Assembly: GCA_043228905.1 (NCBI GenBank)
Contig: JBHGNT010000013.1
Location: forward strand, 13,516,001-13,580,000
Direction: 5' to 3'
DNA length: 64,000 nt
Source of the DNA: Azolla caroliniana
Taxonomy: Eukaryota; Plantae; Polypodiophyta
Shown here: in pieces, positions 23,501 through 36,034 of the stretch
How the letters are laid out: every line of letters begins with the position of its first letter
Position numbering within the stretch: the stretch's first letter is position 1
Program-made: the position numbers and the translations under genes
Notes under the pieces: generated by a model
Database searches by the model: none
The model's input: only the letters and a program-made list of their open reading frames with translations
Told to the model about the DNA's origin: nothing

Positions 23501-24615
23501 CGAACCTCCGGAACGTGTCGGACATCCTTAAGCAGCAACTTGCATCCTGTTGGTGTTGACAGCCACACGTCTCCTATGCCGATAATTCGACATGTACCTT
23601 CATTCCCCATCCGGACACAGCCGTGGTCATCGGCTGAGTAGGATGAAAAGCATTTCCGGTCCGGGGTAAGGTGGAACGACGCTCTGGAGTCTACCACCCA
23701 GGTCATCTCGTCGCCGGCAAGGTTTATCTCACTCTCCTCGGTGATGAGCATCAACTCTTCTTCACTTGCCGCGATTGCCGTCGTTCCCTTCCGGTCCGTC
23801 CCCTTCCGGTCTTTACCGTTCCGGTCCGGGATTTTCTTCGAATCGGTACCGTCGGTTTCCTTGTCTTTACGGAAATGCCGACAGTTCTTTTGGAAGTGTC
23901 CCGGCTTGCCGCAATAGAAGCAAGTAGGCCTCCCCCTTGACTTTGACCGTGTCCCCGACTTCTCCCGGTTCTGGGGACTACGGTTTCTATGTCTTCCACG
24001 TTCCGATTTAGTAAGAAGCGCTTTGGAGTCGGAGCTCGTATCTTTGTCTTTCCGACGCGGCTCCTCATCTAGCAAGCTCGACTTTACTCTTGCTAGGGAT
24101 AACCGTTTTCCTTCCGGCCCGGCGTTGCCCAAAGTGACAACCAACGTCTCCCAGCTATCCGGGAGGGAACTGAGCAGGAGTAGCGCTAATACCTCATCGG
24201 CAAGAGGTACTTCCAATGACGTTGCCTGGTGTATCAACCCCTGGAAGGCATTCATATGCTCCGCCATGCTGGAGCCATCTTGGTACCAGAGTCTTACTAG
24301 CTTCCAGAATACCGAAACTTGATTAACAACATTTTTGTTTTGAAACATTATGCTGATCTTCTCCCAGAGCTCATGAGCCTTGCTCTCTTCATTGAAGTTG
24401 TTGTACAGGCTCATGTCGATGAAGCACCGTATGTACGCCTTTTTCTTCATGTGCATCACCTCCCATATCGCGGCGTTGATTTTGTCCGGTCTCTTGTCCC
24501 CGAACTGAACCGGCAGCCAGAGGTCTTTAACAACGAGCATGTCCCTCATCTTCGACTTCCATACTGAATAGTTGGAGCCAGTGAGCTTGAACATGCCGCC
24601 AAATGATTCGTCCAT
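20597..24615 (-). pseudogene. Copia-3 gag-pol with stops and a deletion near 23415
   Basis: CFYCGKPGHFQKNC, LWHKRLCHMS, LYVDDM, KIPYASAVGSLMYAMVCTRPD. Confidence 0.93.
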
Positions 24616-25109
24616 TTTCTGTGTCAACCTTGCTCTGATACCACTTGACGGGAACTCAAGGCTCCTTATGTCCAACACTCGGCCACAACCGAGCTTCTTT
24701 TCATACGCAGAAAATGGGAAACAAATGCACGACACAGTGGAGAGGAAAAATAATAATACACAGGAGGTTTACGTGGAAAACCCCAAACTAGGGGAAAAAC
24801 CACGGCAGCCCACAGGCTGCAAACTGTCACAATGTGAGAATGTACAACAGTGAGTTCACTAAGGCAGCGACCTCGTGCTCACAGATCTTCGCCACACGCG
24901 GCGGTTACAACAGAGGCAACGACCTCTTTCTCTCTCTCTCTCTGTACACTATTACGTGCTCTCTCTTCTTCTTGCACCAACAAAGAAAAATGACAACAAC
25001 AGTTACTAAAAGTTTGCCCTAAGTCATATTTATACTAATATTACTTTTCGGCTATTTACAAATGTAGCCTCGATGGGCTCTCAGAAACATATTTACGAAT
25101 ATGTCTCTT

Positions 25110-25382
25110 CATCCGGTTCTCACCGGGTCTGTACCATCCGGCTCTCCGTAGCCGGGTACTCCTCATCCGGTTCATACCGGGCCTGCACCATCCGGCTCTC
25201 CGTAGCTGGGAACTCCTCATCCGGTTCATACCGGGCCTGCACCATCCGGCTCTCCGTAGCCGGGTACTCCTCATCCGGTTCATACCGGGCCTGCACCATC
25301 CGGCTCTCCGTAGCCGAGTACTCCTCATCCGGTTCATACCGGGTCTGCACCATCCGGCTCTCCGTAGCCGGGTCCTCCTCAT
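25110..25382. repeat. Five 54-bp tandem repeats in the Copia-3 5' LTR
   Basis: Same unit as 20259-20530. Confidence 0.92.
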
Positions 25383-26689
25383 ACTGTTTCGGCCTCGGCC
25401 GAGTTTGTTCATCGGCACTGTTCTTCTTCCTTCCCATCCGGAGGGACCTGTTTCCCAACACTGAAGGCATACGGAGGACGACGGAAGAGCCGGGGACGGC
25501 ATGACTTCGACCAGTGGGTAGCATTGGCAAAGACCCACCGGGGCGGGACAAAGGCGTTTCGAGAGCTCGAGCGACGGTTTGCCCGGCTCCCAGAGCGGGA
25601 ACAAGGTTTGGTGGGGGTGGACAAAGTCCTTTTGTTCGTCAGGTCGATCGACCGAGCGGAACGGGAAGCCATCGGGATTGAGCTCGAAGACGATGACGGA
25701 GCGAATGGGCTTACGGAGGACTGGTCGAAGGTCGGAAGGGTGTGCCAACGGCTTGACAACGAGCGAGCCGAGAAGGCTAAGAGGAAGGTACGGGACGGCG
25801 TGCCATCACAGCGGGAGGAGGCCGACTGACAGAGAGAGTCGGCAAGGGTCGGCATTGGGGCCAGGATTGCGGAGGCGTACGCAGCTCTCGAGGCGATGCT
25901 CGAGGAAGAGGAAAGACGGAGGCCGCAAGCTGAGACTGAGAAGACGTACTTGCCCCACGCGACGGCGGAAGTTCGGTACGACGGTACCGCGGGAGAGGGT
26001 GCGGAACGAAACGCCCTCTCGACTTGCGGAGATAGAACGGCCAAGGACGAGGCCGAGATACAGATCGCGGAACCGGAACGTTGGGACCAGCGGTTTCAGG
26101 CGTGTCAGCCCGAGATCCCGGTCATGGGAGGAGCAAGCCCAGACGGGGCTTGCGCGATCGGTAAGAAGACAACCGCCGACCACGAAGAGTCAGTGGCTAC
26201 GGACAAGGGCGTAAAACGGACGGGCGATTCTTTGTGTCTTCCCACACTTGCTCCCGGGGCGATGGCAGTCGGGCCCGAGTGCCCACGTGTGTCCCAAGCG
26301 AAGGAAGGCGGCGGCGAAAGGCCGAGAATCACCGTCGAGACGATTCGGGGAAGGAATGGACGAGAGCCCACGGACCCGATTTCGGGGAACTTGGCATTCG
26401 GGCCCGTATGCCCATGTAAGACCGAGGAGATGGATGGCGGTACCGAGGAGTCCTAGCACGATGCCAACAAAGTAGGATGGGAAACGGCCTGCGAGGAAGC
26501 CGAGGATGGACGCGGCACGAGGAGATCGGCATTCCGATACGGGTGGAGCGTGATCCGGTCGTGGATCGTTCGATCAGGGCCGGATTCAGCGTGAAAGTGC
26601 CGATACGGAAGGGGGTGTGGGACAAGCCGCCCTCTTTTATATGGGGAGAAAGACCGACCAGGCGAAGGTCGAGAGTTGGAAAGAGAATG

Positions 26690-27400
26690 AAAGCCGGTCC
26701 TATGGGATTCCTTACACCGATTCGGCTGCAGGCCCGAGTGCCGGCGTGAGTCCGACAAGAGAGTCGGTGGCGATAGGAGAACGGGACTCAGCAATCTGGA
26801 GGAAGGACGAACTGGTTCTAGAGACTTCGGTAGTCGGCAATGCGCTCGACGTAAGACCAAGATACTGAAGGTGGCGGCGAGGTGTCGAAGACAAAAGGGG
26901 CTACGGACGGGCGGTCTACGGAGGATCCTTCACACCGGTTCTAGAGACTTCGGCAATCGGCAACGCGGTTGACGTAAGACCAAGATACTGACGGTGGCGG
27001 CGAGGTGACGAAGGGAATGGGCGCAAGGAAGTCCGGTCCTACGGGATCCCCACATTTAACCGGAGACTCCGGCTATTCGGCCAACGGGGCAACGTAAGAC
27101 CGAGGGAGACGGAAGGTGGTGGCGGGAAACGGGACCCGACTACGCGGAAGACACAAGGAGAGTTCGGGAGGGACTCAAACAACAAAACCCGAATTTCGGC
27201 AAGCATAGAAACGGAGTCCGGTCCTATGGGACCCTCACACCGATCCGGAGACCCCGGCTGTTCGGCCAACGTGGCAACGTAAGACCGAGGGAGAAGGACG
27301 GTGGCGGCAGGGAACAGGACCCGACGACACGAGGTTTCGTAAGGAGCCGGTAACGGCAAAACACGGGGAGGTGTGTCGGGCCGGAAAGGCACACCTGGGA
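26690..27400. repeat. Degenerate 120-185 bp tandem repeats in place of pol
   Basis: ACGTAAGACC...GGTGGYGGC core occurs four times; CCGGTCCTAYGGGA also recurs. Confidence 0.7.
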
Positions 27401-28338
27401 CAGAACAAGAGTCTCGCAAGTGGCCATCGCGGGCCGGATCGAAGCGTGACTACGGGACGGTGTTCGGCGCGGGCGGGGCCGAACGAAGGAAGCGGAAGAC
27501 GACACAAGGGAGGTGCCGGGAACGAGGTGACAAGTGCCTAGTGGACTGCACAGGGTCGGAGTCAGGGGATGGCAAGAGAGGCCGGAGGAGGATCCTCCAC
27601 ACTCGCTTCGTAGATCTCGGTAGCTCCGTTGAAGTAGCGAAGACTGACACGGCAAGCCGGGATGACAAACTGGTGAGGGCGAGGGGACGACGGCAAGCGG
27701 AAGACTCAGGACCTATCGCGGCAGCACGAAGACGGGAAGGGCCAAGCGGGCTACTACGGGGTGTTCCTCGGATGCAAAGGACGCCGGTATGCGGGTGAGC
27801 GGCGAAGCACAATCTGGCCGGAAAGGGGGCCGATGAGGAGTGCAACACAGGCAATGCCAAACAACGGACGAGGGTATGTGGCACACGGAGGTGTCGGAGC
27901 GGAAAGGCGAGCGCGGAGATAGGTTGCGCGGTTCGGAGGTAGTGCGGAGAAGGAAGGTGGCGGCGAGAAGACGAGGGCAACGCGAAACAACATGGGACGG
28001 CAATCAGGACAACGCGAATAATCAACGGGGCCAAGCGGGCCACTACGGGCATGCCTCAAGCGGAGGACATCGGGCATACGACGGGAGCGGGGCGTTCATA
28101 CGGCCGAACAAGGGCCAGCAGAAGTACGCGTACTACGGAGATCGCGGCAGAGGACCCGTCGACGGGTCGAACGAGCCTACGGGGAGGCGAGCACGAAGGA
28201 AGACTCAAAGCCGACGGGTCAAACCGGCAGCGAGCCGGGATGCAGACCACGGAAGATCGGTTTCTCACCGGCCGAAATCTCTCACCCTTCAACCGGACTT
28301 GGCACATACCGGTGGATGTGCGGTTAGGTGGGGGCGGA

Positions 28339-28901
28339 TGTCGTGAAGAATTTCGGCCAGAGGCGGAAACCGGGAAACATTGGCTACATCGGCGGGGTGC
28401 AGCATGTGTACGCACCCATGTACATTTAGTGTGAATATCGAGGGCGCCTTTATGGCGCCGAAGAGTAGTCAAGTCGGGGCAGACGATCCCATGTAAGGCG
28501 GGATTTGTCCCACATTGTAACGCATCCATTTCCTTGTTCTATAAAAGGAAGGGAACACCCTTTGTGAAGGGGTTGCCCATTTTGCCTTAGAGGGTATACC
28601 GTTAGGTTTAGAGTTAGCTTCTTCTTCTTCTTCTTCTCCTTCGTGTTCGCTTAGGGCTTGCTTCAACTCATCTCCTGCGCAAGACCTCGCTCGGCGCGAC
28701 GAGCCCGTGAGCTCCCCGACGGCGGCTTGGCAGCTGACGACCACTGTAACCTGCCTTGGAACGGCTCGAAGCCGGGAATGTATTCTTCTTTTTATGTATA
28801 TATATACGTTTGCGTCTGTCTGTGTATATTCGCGTCTTCGTTGGTGTCGGGTGCTTCCCCTTTCTTGCACTTCCTGTACTTAAGGGTGTGAGTCGGGTTG
28901 G

Positions 28902-28939
<38 letters not shown>

Positions 28940-29120
28940 AGTGAGTGTGCGTGAGTCGGTGTTAAGCGCGCTCTCTCTCTCTCTCTCTCTTCGGTTGCTT
29001 CCGGTGTGCTTCTGGGATGCCCCGGAAACGGTGAAGCACGACTTCCTACGCTGCATCACTCCCTAGTCCAAGACCCCCGTGGTCCCGCCTTTCTCCACGC
29101 ACGCGCGTAACTACGCGACA
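28339..29120 (+). repeat. 3' LTR of the gag-only Gypsy (782 bp)
   Basis: TGTCG...CGACA, directly after the PPT. Confidence 0.92.
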
Positions 29121-29124
29121 CCGT

Positions 29125-29345
29125 TGTGTATCATCTGTCATTGTGCATACAATTGGCCTTTCTCCGGAGCGAGTAACACCATGTTTTCCAACTCGGTGTG
29201 CCCCATATACATTCACATCTGACATCCCATAATGCATGCTAAAAAATTCACCAATGGCCTTTCCAAGGGATGCGGGTGTTTCCATACTCTCTTCTTTAAT
29301 CCCACGGACGACAATGTCCTTTGATTGTCGTTCACATTCTTTCAA
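29125..29345 (-). pseudogene. LINE ORF1, L1-type RRM region (continues at 17435)
   Basis: DIVVRGIKEE..E..AHRVG..RPIV pattern typical of L1/Tnp22-like ORF1. Confidence 0.8.
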
Positions 29346-30068
29346 TTCTCAGACATCTCTTCTTTCTATATTCTTCTCTTGATGTATCACATGCATATTA
29401 GATGAGTTTGATACCACATCCCCACCACATACATCGGCCCATGACTTCGTTGTACATACATTTTTCATCTCACTTACATCCTGCCTCAGAGAGAGAGGGA
29501 GAGAGAATGTACCTTTCACTCGATTTAGGGCAAAGATGGATGTGGATGAAAATGCTCATAACTTCTAGCCACTGTAACGGAATTCAATAAATGAACATTC
29601 TTTAGAAAGATCTCTGAAAGAGCTTTCCAACGAGCTATAGAACGTAGAAAACGATGGCTGGAGTGAACTGATAGAGAGCTTTGAGAGAGAGAGAGAGAGA
29701 GAGGGAAAAACGAGAAACACAGAGAAACAGAGGAGAGAGAGAGAGAGAGAAGAGAGAGGAGGGAAATAGAGAGAGAGAGAGAGAAGGAAAAAGAAGAAGA
29801 AGAAGAACAGAGACAGAGGCAGAGAGAAGAAAGAAGAGGAGGGAAGTAGAGAAGAGTTTCATCAACATAATTTCGAGAGGAAGAGGAGGAGGCACAATTA
29901 CATCAACATAATTTGGAGAGGAAAAGGAGGAGGCACGACTACATCAACATAATTTGGAGAGTGCTGCAACATTTTTCTTCTACCAACAATTCGGATGTCA
30001 TATTGTCGATTCCAGGTTAATTATCATCCTACTATTTTTCTTTTTGCTCTATTTGGAACATAGAATCT

Positions 30069-31548
30069 ATGGAAGAGATGGATACATGTACAAATGCAAA
30101 ACAAATACAGAGCCAAAGGGAAGAAGGAGAAGATGATGTTATTGTGAAGAAACAAAAGATTGGAACTAATAATATGCATGAGGAGGATATAGATATGTTA
30201 TCAAAACCATCCTATGCACATGTTATGGGAGAAGGTGAGGAGAAGAGGGATGATCATTACTGGGAAGTGATGCATGTAGTTGCCAATGAAGCCCTCCATG
30301 AGATTTTACCAGATGATATAGAGATGGTGGCCAACATAGAAGAGGATGAGATCGTAGAGGTGGAGATGCCACGTAGGGAAATTTTAAAGGCATTTTCCAT
30401 GTTTCATGAGAGAGGCATTATTTGCTTCTTTATGGGAAAAAATCCTTTGGTACATTGGGTGGCTCAATGGTTAAATGCAATGGTAGGTAGGACCAACGTG
30501 GAAGATGTGTATAAAGGTCCATGAGGTTTTTTTGAGGTGGTGTTTCAAACCGAAGAACAACGAGATAGATTATTATCATGTGTGCCGGTCTTTTATAATA
30601 GTAATTTAGTGTATATTGTCCCTTGGCGACCGCTAGCTAAATTTCAAGAAATTGTTAAACAAGAGTGTTCAATATGGGTGGAAGTAGAGTGTAAATTTTC
30701 TTTTTTGTGGCCTATAATTCAAGGTGTAATGGAACAATTGGGAAAGGTGATAGTAGCCCCAAACGCCAAAGCATATAATAGATATAAGTTATGTATGTTG
30801 TGGAATACAACTAAAAAGAGACCTTTGTGGCTAAACATAAAAACTGAGGAGATGAGATCATTCCGTTGCCAATTGCATTGGGGATCATTTGCCAGTCATT
30901 GCTTCCGATGTGGTGGTTTGGGTCATTTCATGGCAAGAATGTCAACAAACACCGGTAGTAGAGATGACTAATACTTCCCATGGTGATGTGTTAATTCCAG
31001 AGTATGTCACAAAGGACAATGAGGTTCCAAAAACTAAGGAACCAAATGTTGACAAAGGTAAAGGTGTCGTTATTTTGGAACATAAAGACAAATATATTGA
31101 AGAAAGAAGACAATACTTATTAGATGATGATGGGTCTTGGATTAAGGTGGCCTCTAAGGTCAATCATCCAAGGTACCAAAAAGAGAAGGTTCATGAACAT
31201 TATGGCCAAGAGAGGGGTAGCTCCTCTAAAGATCCTATGGGGGTGTCTTATGCACCTAATTATGATCAATTGAGAAGAAGGTCAAAACCGTGGCAAGGTT
31301 CACTGTATCAACAATCTAATCAAGGGACAAAACCTTTCAACCTTAGATTTGATAAGAATGGTAAAATCAATCTACCATTACACAAACAAAATTGGAAAAG
31401 AAATAGTTCGCGGGGTACAATGATATCCACCGATAGACATCAACCACCTGTGCCATATGCATTTGCAGTTTTAAGTGATTATTTTGAGGATATACCCAAC
31501 ATATTGGCACAACGGGAACGTGAACATGCCAACAAACATCCTAATTAG
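30069..31548 (+). pseudogene. L1 ORF1 (DUF4283-like region and CCHC knuckle)
   Basis: GFFEVVF..E..D.LL and IVPWRP-like motifs, CFRCGGLGH; one stop and one frameshift. Confidence 0.8.
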
Positions 31549-31554
31549 TGATTT

Positions 31555-34500
31555 ATGAAAATAGTCACATGGAATGTAAGGGGAATTTGTTCTTCGTCTA
31601 AGCGATATAGTATGTGGAAAACTGTTTTTATTAGTCAATGGGATGTATTATGTGCAGTAGAACATAAGGAGCATGCTAGGTCTGGGTCTTCTCTTCAGTA
31701 TAAGCAATATCATGTGTTTTATGCTAGGGTCACTGGAGGGTTGTATTCAGGCCTAATGCTTATTGTAAGGGACAGCTTGAAACCAATAGTGGTTCAAAGA
31801 GATGTTCATGGTCGGTTCTTGGTGGTTGAAGTTAATTATGAAGAGAATAAGATTTGGGTGGTAGGTATTTATGCACCAAATATTGTAGGACAATGTATCA
31901 ATCTATGGAGAGCTTTACATCAAGTTTTACGCCATGGAAGAGCAGGTTTTTTGTTAGGTGATTTTAACATGTGTTCAGAGGTGGGTCAATCTACTTCGAT
32001 GCATGGCCTCATGAATGCTCCTGAACGAGAGGTTTGGGATTTGTTTATGATGGAGGTCTTAAGGTATGATGCATGGACTTGGATTAATGGACATGAGGTT
32101 GGTTATACTTTTCAATCTACACAATATAGATCGACTTGGAGTAGATTGGATCGAATCTACATTATGCATGATGAGACATTCTTACCATCGTTTATGACTA
32201 TGCAAGTGTATAGGGGGATTGGATTATCAGGTCACTTCCTGATTGTGTTGGACTGCACACATCAAACTATGGATGACTTTAGATCGTTATTGGGAAAACC
32301 ACCATTGCAGTTTACTTCATCTTTTCTTGGACATAATAACTTTAAACATGCTATGGGACAATTGGTGGAAGAGTTAACTAGACAAGTCAATGTTCATGGT
32401 CTTTCATCATGGGATGTTTGTCTCTCTAATATTCAACACTTTACACGATATTATGGAATTCATCAAGCTTCCATTCGTAATCAATGACTTTAATCCAACA
32501 ATTTCTAGACAGATGTAATGCATTGTTGGTGAAATGTCCATTTGATGATGTGTTGTTGGATATTCAAGAGGCATTGTCACATGCTTTACAAGTGTTAGAG
32601 GTTTGTAGTTATCAACAATCACGGGTGATGGCTATGAAAAGTGAAGTACATGATCACAATTGTCATTCACATAAGTTTTTCCATGGGTTGCATGCATCTC
32701 ATGTTAGGATGAATGTGGTATGTGTAGAGATTGATGGAACTTTAAATACAAACCCACAAGTGATTATTGATGAGTGTGTTAAGCATTTCAAGAATCTTTT
32801 TGGGCATAACACAAGCAAGATCAATGTTCTTTAACTCAGTTACAATGATTGGTGGGCAACATGACATGTGGACCATGGAGGAGGATATACAAGAGGAGGA
32901 GGTCGAATATGTATTGTCACATCTCTCAGTTGATAAAAGCCCGGGTTGGGATGGCATTACGAATGAGTTTTTTAAAGCATTTGTAAAAGAACTCAAAGTT
33001 CCTCTAACAATGTTATTCCAAGAAGTGTGGAGTTCTGGTAAAATGCCTAATTAATGGAAAATAGGCCTAGTTAAGCTTATACCAAAAGTGGCATCTCCTA
33101 CGTCTTTTGCTCAATGGAGACCGATATCATTAATGGGTGGGTTGTATAAGATTTTTGCCAAAGTAATTGCAAATAGACTTCAAAAGGTATTGTCGTCTGT
33201 GGTTCATCCAATGCAATATGGGTTTATTAAAGGAAGGGATATCTTGCATAATATTTTGAATGTGCAAATGGCAGTGGATTATGCAAAAGAATCCAAACAA
33301 CAAATTGTAATGGTACAACTAGATATTGAGAAGGCATATGATCATGTAAGTTGGTCTTTTATTAATCAACTCTTGTCCCATATGGGTTTTGGGGAAAGGA
33401 TGTCTCGCATCCCCTTGTTGGTGGGATTAGGTGTAGTGTCACACATTATGTTAAATGGTGGAGTAACTAAAGAAATACCATTGGCAAGATCACTTCGACA
33501 AGGATGCCCATTGAGTCCATTGTTATTTGCAATTGCTACACACCCGATTTTGGTGAAGATGCATGAGTTGGAAACATGTGGGGAAATAGTTGGACTAGCT
33601 CTGCCATCAGGAAAACAATTGATAGCACAAGCATTGGCCGATGATTAGTTCTTATTCCTCAAAGCGGTACCTCATAATATAGCAAAAGCCATGGAGGTGT
33701 GGAATGTGTTTGCATTGGCATCAGGATTACATATAAATATGCGAAAGTCGATGCTCATTAGATGCACTGAGAGTGATTTGGTGGATCTTGGATGGTGTGG
33801 CCAAATATTGGATCAAGGCAATGTGTGTCGGCACTTAGGTTACCCTATTGGTGTTAATATCTCAACGTCTCAAAGTTTGAATTGGATATCGGGGACCATT
33901 TTAGACTAATTTATGTATTGGAAGTCTCAAGCATGGTCATTTAGTACTCGTCTCAAAGTGGTACAAGCTATAATGATTCCAATGATTTCTTATTTTTTGC
34001 CATTATTACCTTGGACAAAGAAATCACTTGATCAATTAGCTCGTTCACTTAAATATACATTGTGGAAGAAAGAATCAAGATTGGGTATGAGTTGGGTAGA
34101 TCATGGAACAATATTTGTACTCCAAAACGGTTAGGGGGAGTTGCATTACTAAACTTGGAGGATCATATGGTGGCTCGAAGATTCAATCTGTTGAAAGGTA
34201 TGTGCATAGGTACCCAACCTTGGGCAGAAATAATTCGTTCTTTTGTGGAAAAGGTTGGTATATACCATGGGAAAACTAGAATTAGAACATCGTGGTGGCA
34301 TGTTGTTAGTAGTACCCGTGCATTTAAATGTTCAGAATCTATTATGGTCCAACAATTAGTGCTTTCTTGGCAGCGATGCGACCTTTAGGACAGTTAGAAA
34401 TAAGTTTCATATACCACGGGGATATGGGTACACTTGGGAATCAATATTGGCATTGCCTAGATTAGTTTTCCCGATTCCAATGTTGCTGGTTGCAGACCCA

Positions 34501-35055
34501 TGGAAAGATTGGTCGTTTGGTATTGGACAATCAATTTTTGTGGTGAACACTAATGATGTATACCATAAGTTGGTTGAAGATAGAGCTTGGTTAGCAACCA
34601 AGGTTGCAAACACATGGTATATTACTCGACATGCAAAGTGGTGGACTAGAGTTCTGGATGCAGGATGGCAGTCTCATCTTCCGTTTCATGCTAAGGTGTT
34701 TCTTTGGCGTGTGATTGTTGGTGGGTTGCCATTGGCGGTGGCTTTAAAACGGTGAAATATTTCAAATGGGACATGTTTTTTTTGCATCGTGGTTGAGGAA
34801 GATGCCAGACATAGGTTCATTACATGTCCGGTTGCTAAAGCCATTTGGGTGATTATATCACAAATTTGGGCATCGATAATAGGCAATATTTTGTCACCTT
34901 TTAATTGGGTTTTTATTGATGACGATAAAGGCATGCCTGCACCATCATATAAGATCGTGTTTGACTACCTTAGGTATTGGGGGATGTGGTTTAATTGGAC
35001 CATGAGAAATGGGTTCTTGTTTGATGGACTTCATGGGATAACACCAACTTCGTAG
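31555..35055 (+). pseudogene. L1 ORF2 (APE-RT-zf-RVT) with many stops and frameshifts
   Basis: MKIVTWNVRG, GDFN, SRLDRIY, KSPGWDG, WRPISL, LDIEKAYD, RQGCPLSPLLF, KVFLWR, EDARHRFITC. Confidence 0.92.
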
Positions 35056-35376
35056 GATGAGAGGGAAATTGATGTGGCAATTTTCGCAACTATGTTCTTT
35101 GGGGACATTGTCCCGAGAGGAGATAGAGGTATGCCATCTAGTTTTGCAACACTTGAGAGGGTTTCCCCTGCATTATCACTACTCATGATGTAGTGAAGAT
35201 AGCAAGGGTTGTATTATCATCTTGTTTTAATAACAAAACATTGATTTACGAAAAGAAAAAAAGAAAAAAAGAAAGAGAGAAGAAGCTTGTATTTGTTGTA
35301 ACCGCCTGTTGGCGAAGAGTTTGAGCAGAAGATAGTTGCCTTTGTGTCTCCGTGGTATCCTACCTCTTTTCCATAG

Positions 35377-35577
35377 TGTTGAGAATCAAGCTCAACCTAG
35401 GCTAATGTGTGAACACACCCTTGAGAGTGTATGAACACTCAAAGGTCAAAAGTCACACCACTACTCTTTACACATTAACTATGTGTCATAGAATCATATT
35501 CTATGACACATAACTAATGAGTTTCTACATTCCCCATGACTGATAAGCTTCAGTAGTTAATGAAGCGAGAGAGTGAC
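35377..35577 (+). repeat. 5' half of a Copia-1-related LTR, cut by the Gypsy inserted at 35578
   Basis: Begins TGTTGAGAATCAAGCTCAAC and is colinear with 4823-5030. No PPT upstream. Confidence 0.85.
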
Positions 35578-36034
35578 TGTTAGAGACATGAACTAATGTA
35601 AGCATTAGATAAGGATAGAATATAGATCTAGATAGAAAGGAGAGAGAGAGAAAGAAGGGTGCCGATCCACCCGACCACCCCCGAGCGAAGGGATCGAGAC
35701 GGACTTGAGCCTCGATCGGCGTCCCATACCACCGCCGTGTCGTCGAGTCGTACTTGGTGCTGGCGCACTCACTACAACAGTTGACCCACCACAAGATAGA
35801 GTCTCGACGTAGTCAACCAGATGAACAAATGAGGGTAGCTAGGCCTCTTATTTATAGCGATACCCAATGCCCCCAGGCAAGTTCACACTTGGCCTAATGG
35901 GTTGTCTCAATCCCGAGGATTAAAAGTAATCCTCCCCTTCTTTACATTCTCGTTTAACCCTCCCACTTATCCACATGTATAGAATACTACGGTAAATTCT
36001 CACCACGGGATATTATATGGTCATGCCCGTAACA
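35578..36034 (-). repeat. 3' LTR of the minus-strand chromovirus (457 bp)
   Basis: Terminal inverted TGTTA/TAACA next to the PPT; minus-strand CTATAAATA near 35850. Confidence 0.82.

Larger units (their letters stand above)
19793..25460 (-). mobile_element. Ty1/Copia element 3 (Tnt1/Tork-like), full length, degenerate
   Basis: LTRs 24646-25460 (5') and 19793-20586 (3'), TSD CTGAA, iMet PBS at 24643-24632, PPT GAAGGGGGAG. Confidence 0.96.
19482..26456 (+). pseudogene. gag: Gag-like ORF of the non-autonomous element (19482-19792 plus 25466-26456), split by Copia-3
   Basis: The frame rejoins across the TSD (EALL|KAYG). GRFNG..YL..Y.AEM and VLLFVRSID..LTEDW align with the Gag at 55657. One internal TGA at 25827. 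Confidence 0.8.
17436..29120 (+). mobile_element. Non-autonomous gag-only Gypsy, same lineage as the 54933-62014 element
   Basis: LTRs 17436-19444 (interrupted) and 28339-29120, TGTCGTGAAG...CGACA termini, PBS TGGTGAACCCGACGTGAA at 19449, PPT AGGTGGGGGCGGA, 4-bp TSD CTGT/CCGT, no pol motifs. Confidence 0.9.
3350..29400 (-). mobile_element. Old RTEX-like LINE split into four pieces (about 29400-29121, 17435-16960, 11224-10397, 4822-3350); 3' end displaced outside the window
   Basis: Reading frames rejoin across TSDs (DDTQR|QIILEN; CYIWL|KIETPN). APE endonuclease and RT motifs are present. The 5' limit is uncertain. Confidence 0.88.
29832..35273 (+). mobile_element. L1-clade LINE, near full length, degenerate
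   Basis: ORF1 and ORF2, A-rich tail at 35251-35273, possible low-complexity TSD AGAGAGAAGAA (29821 and 35274). The 5' boundary is tentative. Confidence 0.85.

Noticed and set aside
26456-28338. Many overlapping 100-200 aa ORFs as cargo genes
   Set aside because: GC-rich repetitive sequence open in most frames, with no recognisable domain.
29409-29416. TGATACCA as a reverse iMet PBS
   Set aside because: Only 8 nt match and there is no adjacent LTR end.
29550-29830. Possible further LTR starting TGTAACGG (29573) with a GAGCTTTCCAACG motif and a GA-rich tract
   Set aside because: No partner terminus, TSD, PBS or PPT found; probably a relic of an older repeat and left unannotated.
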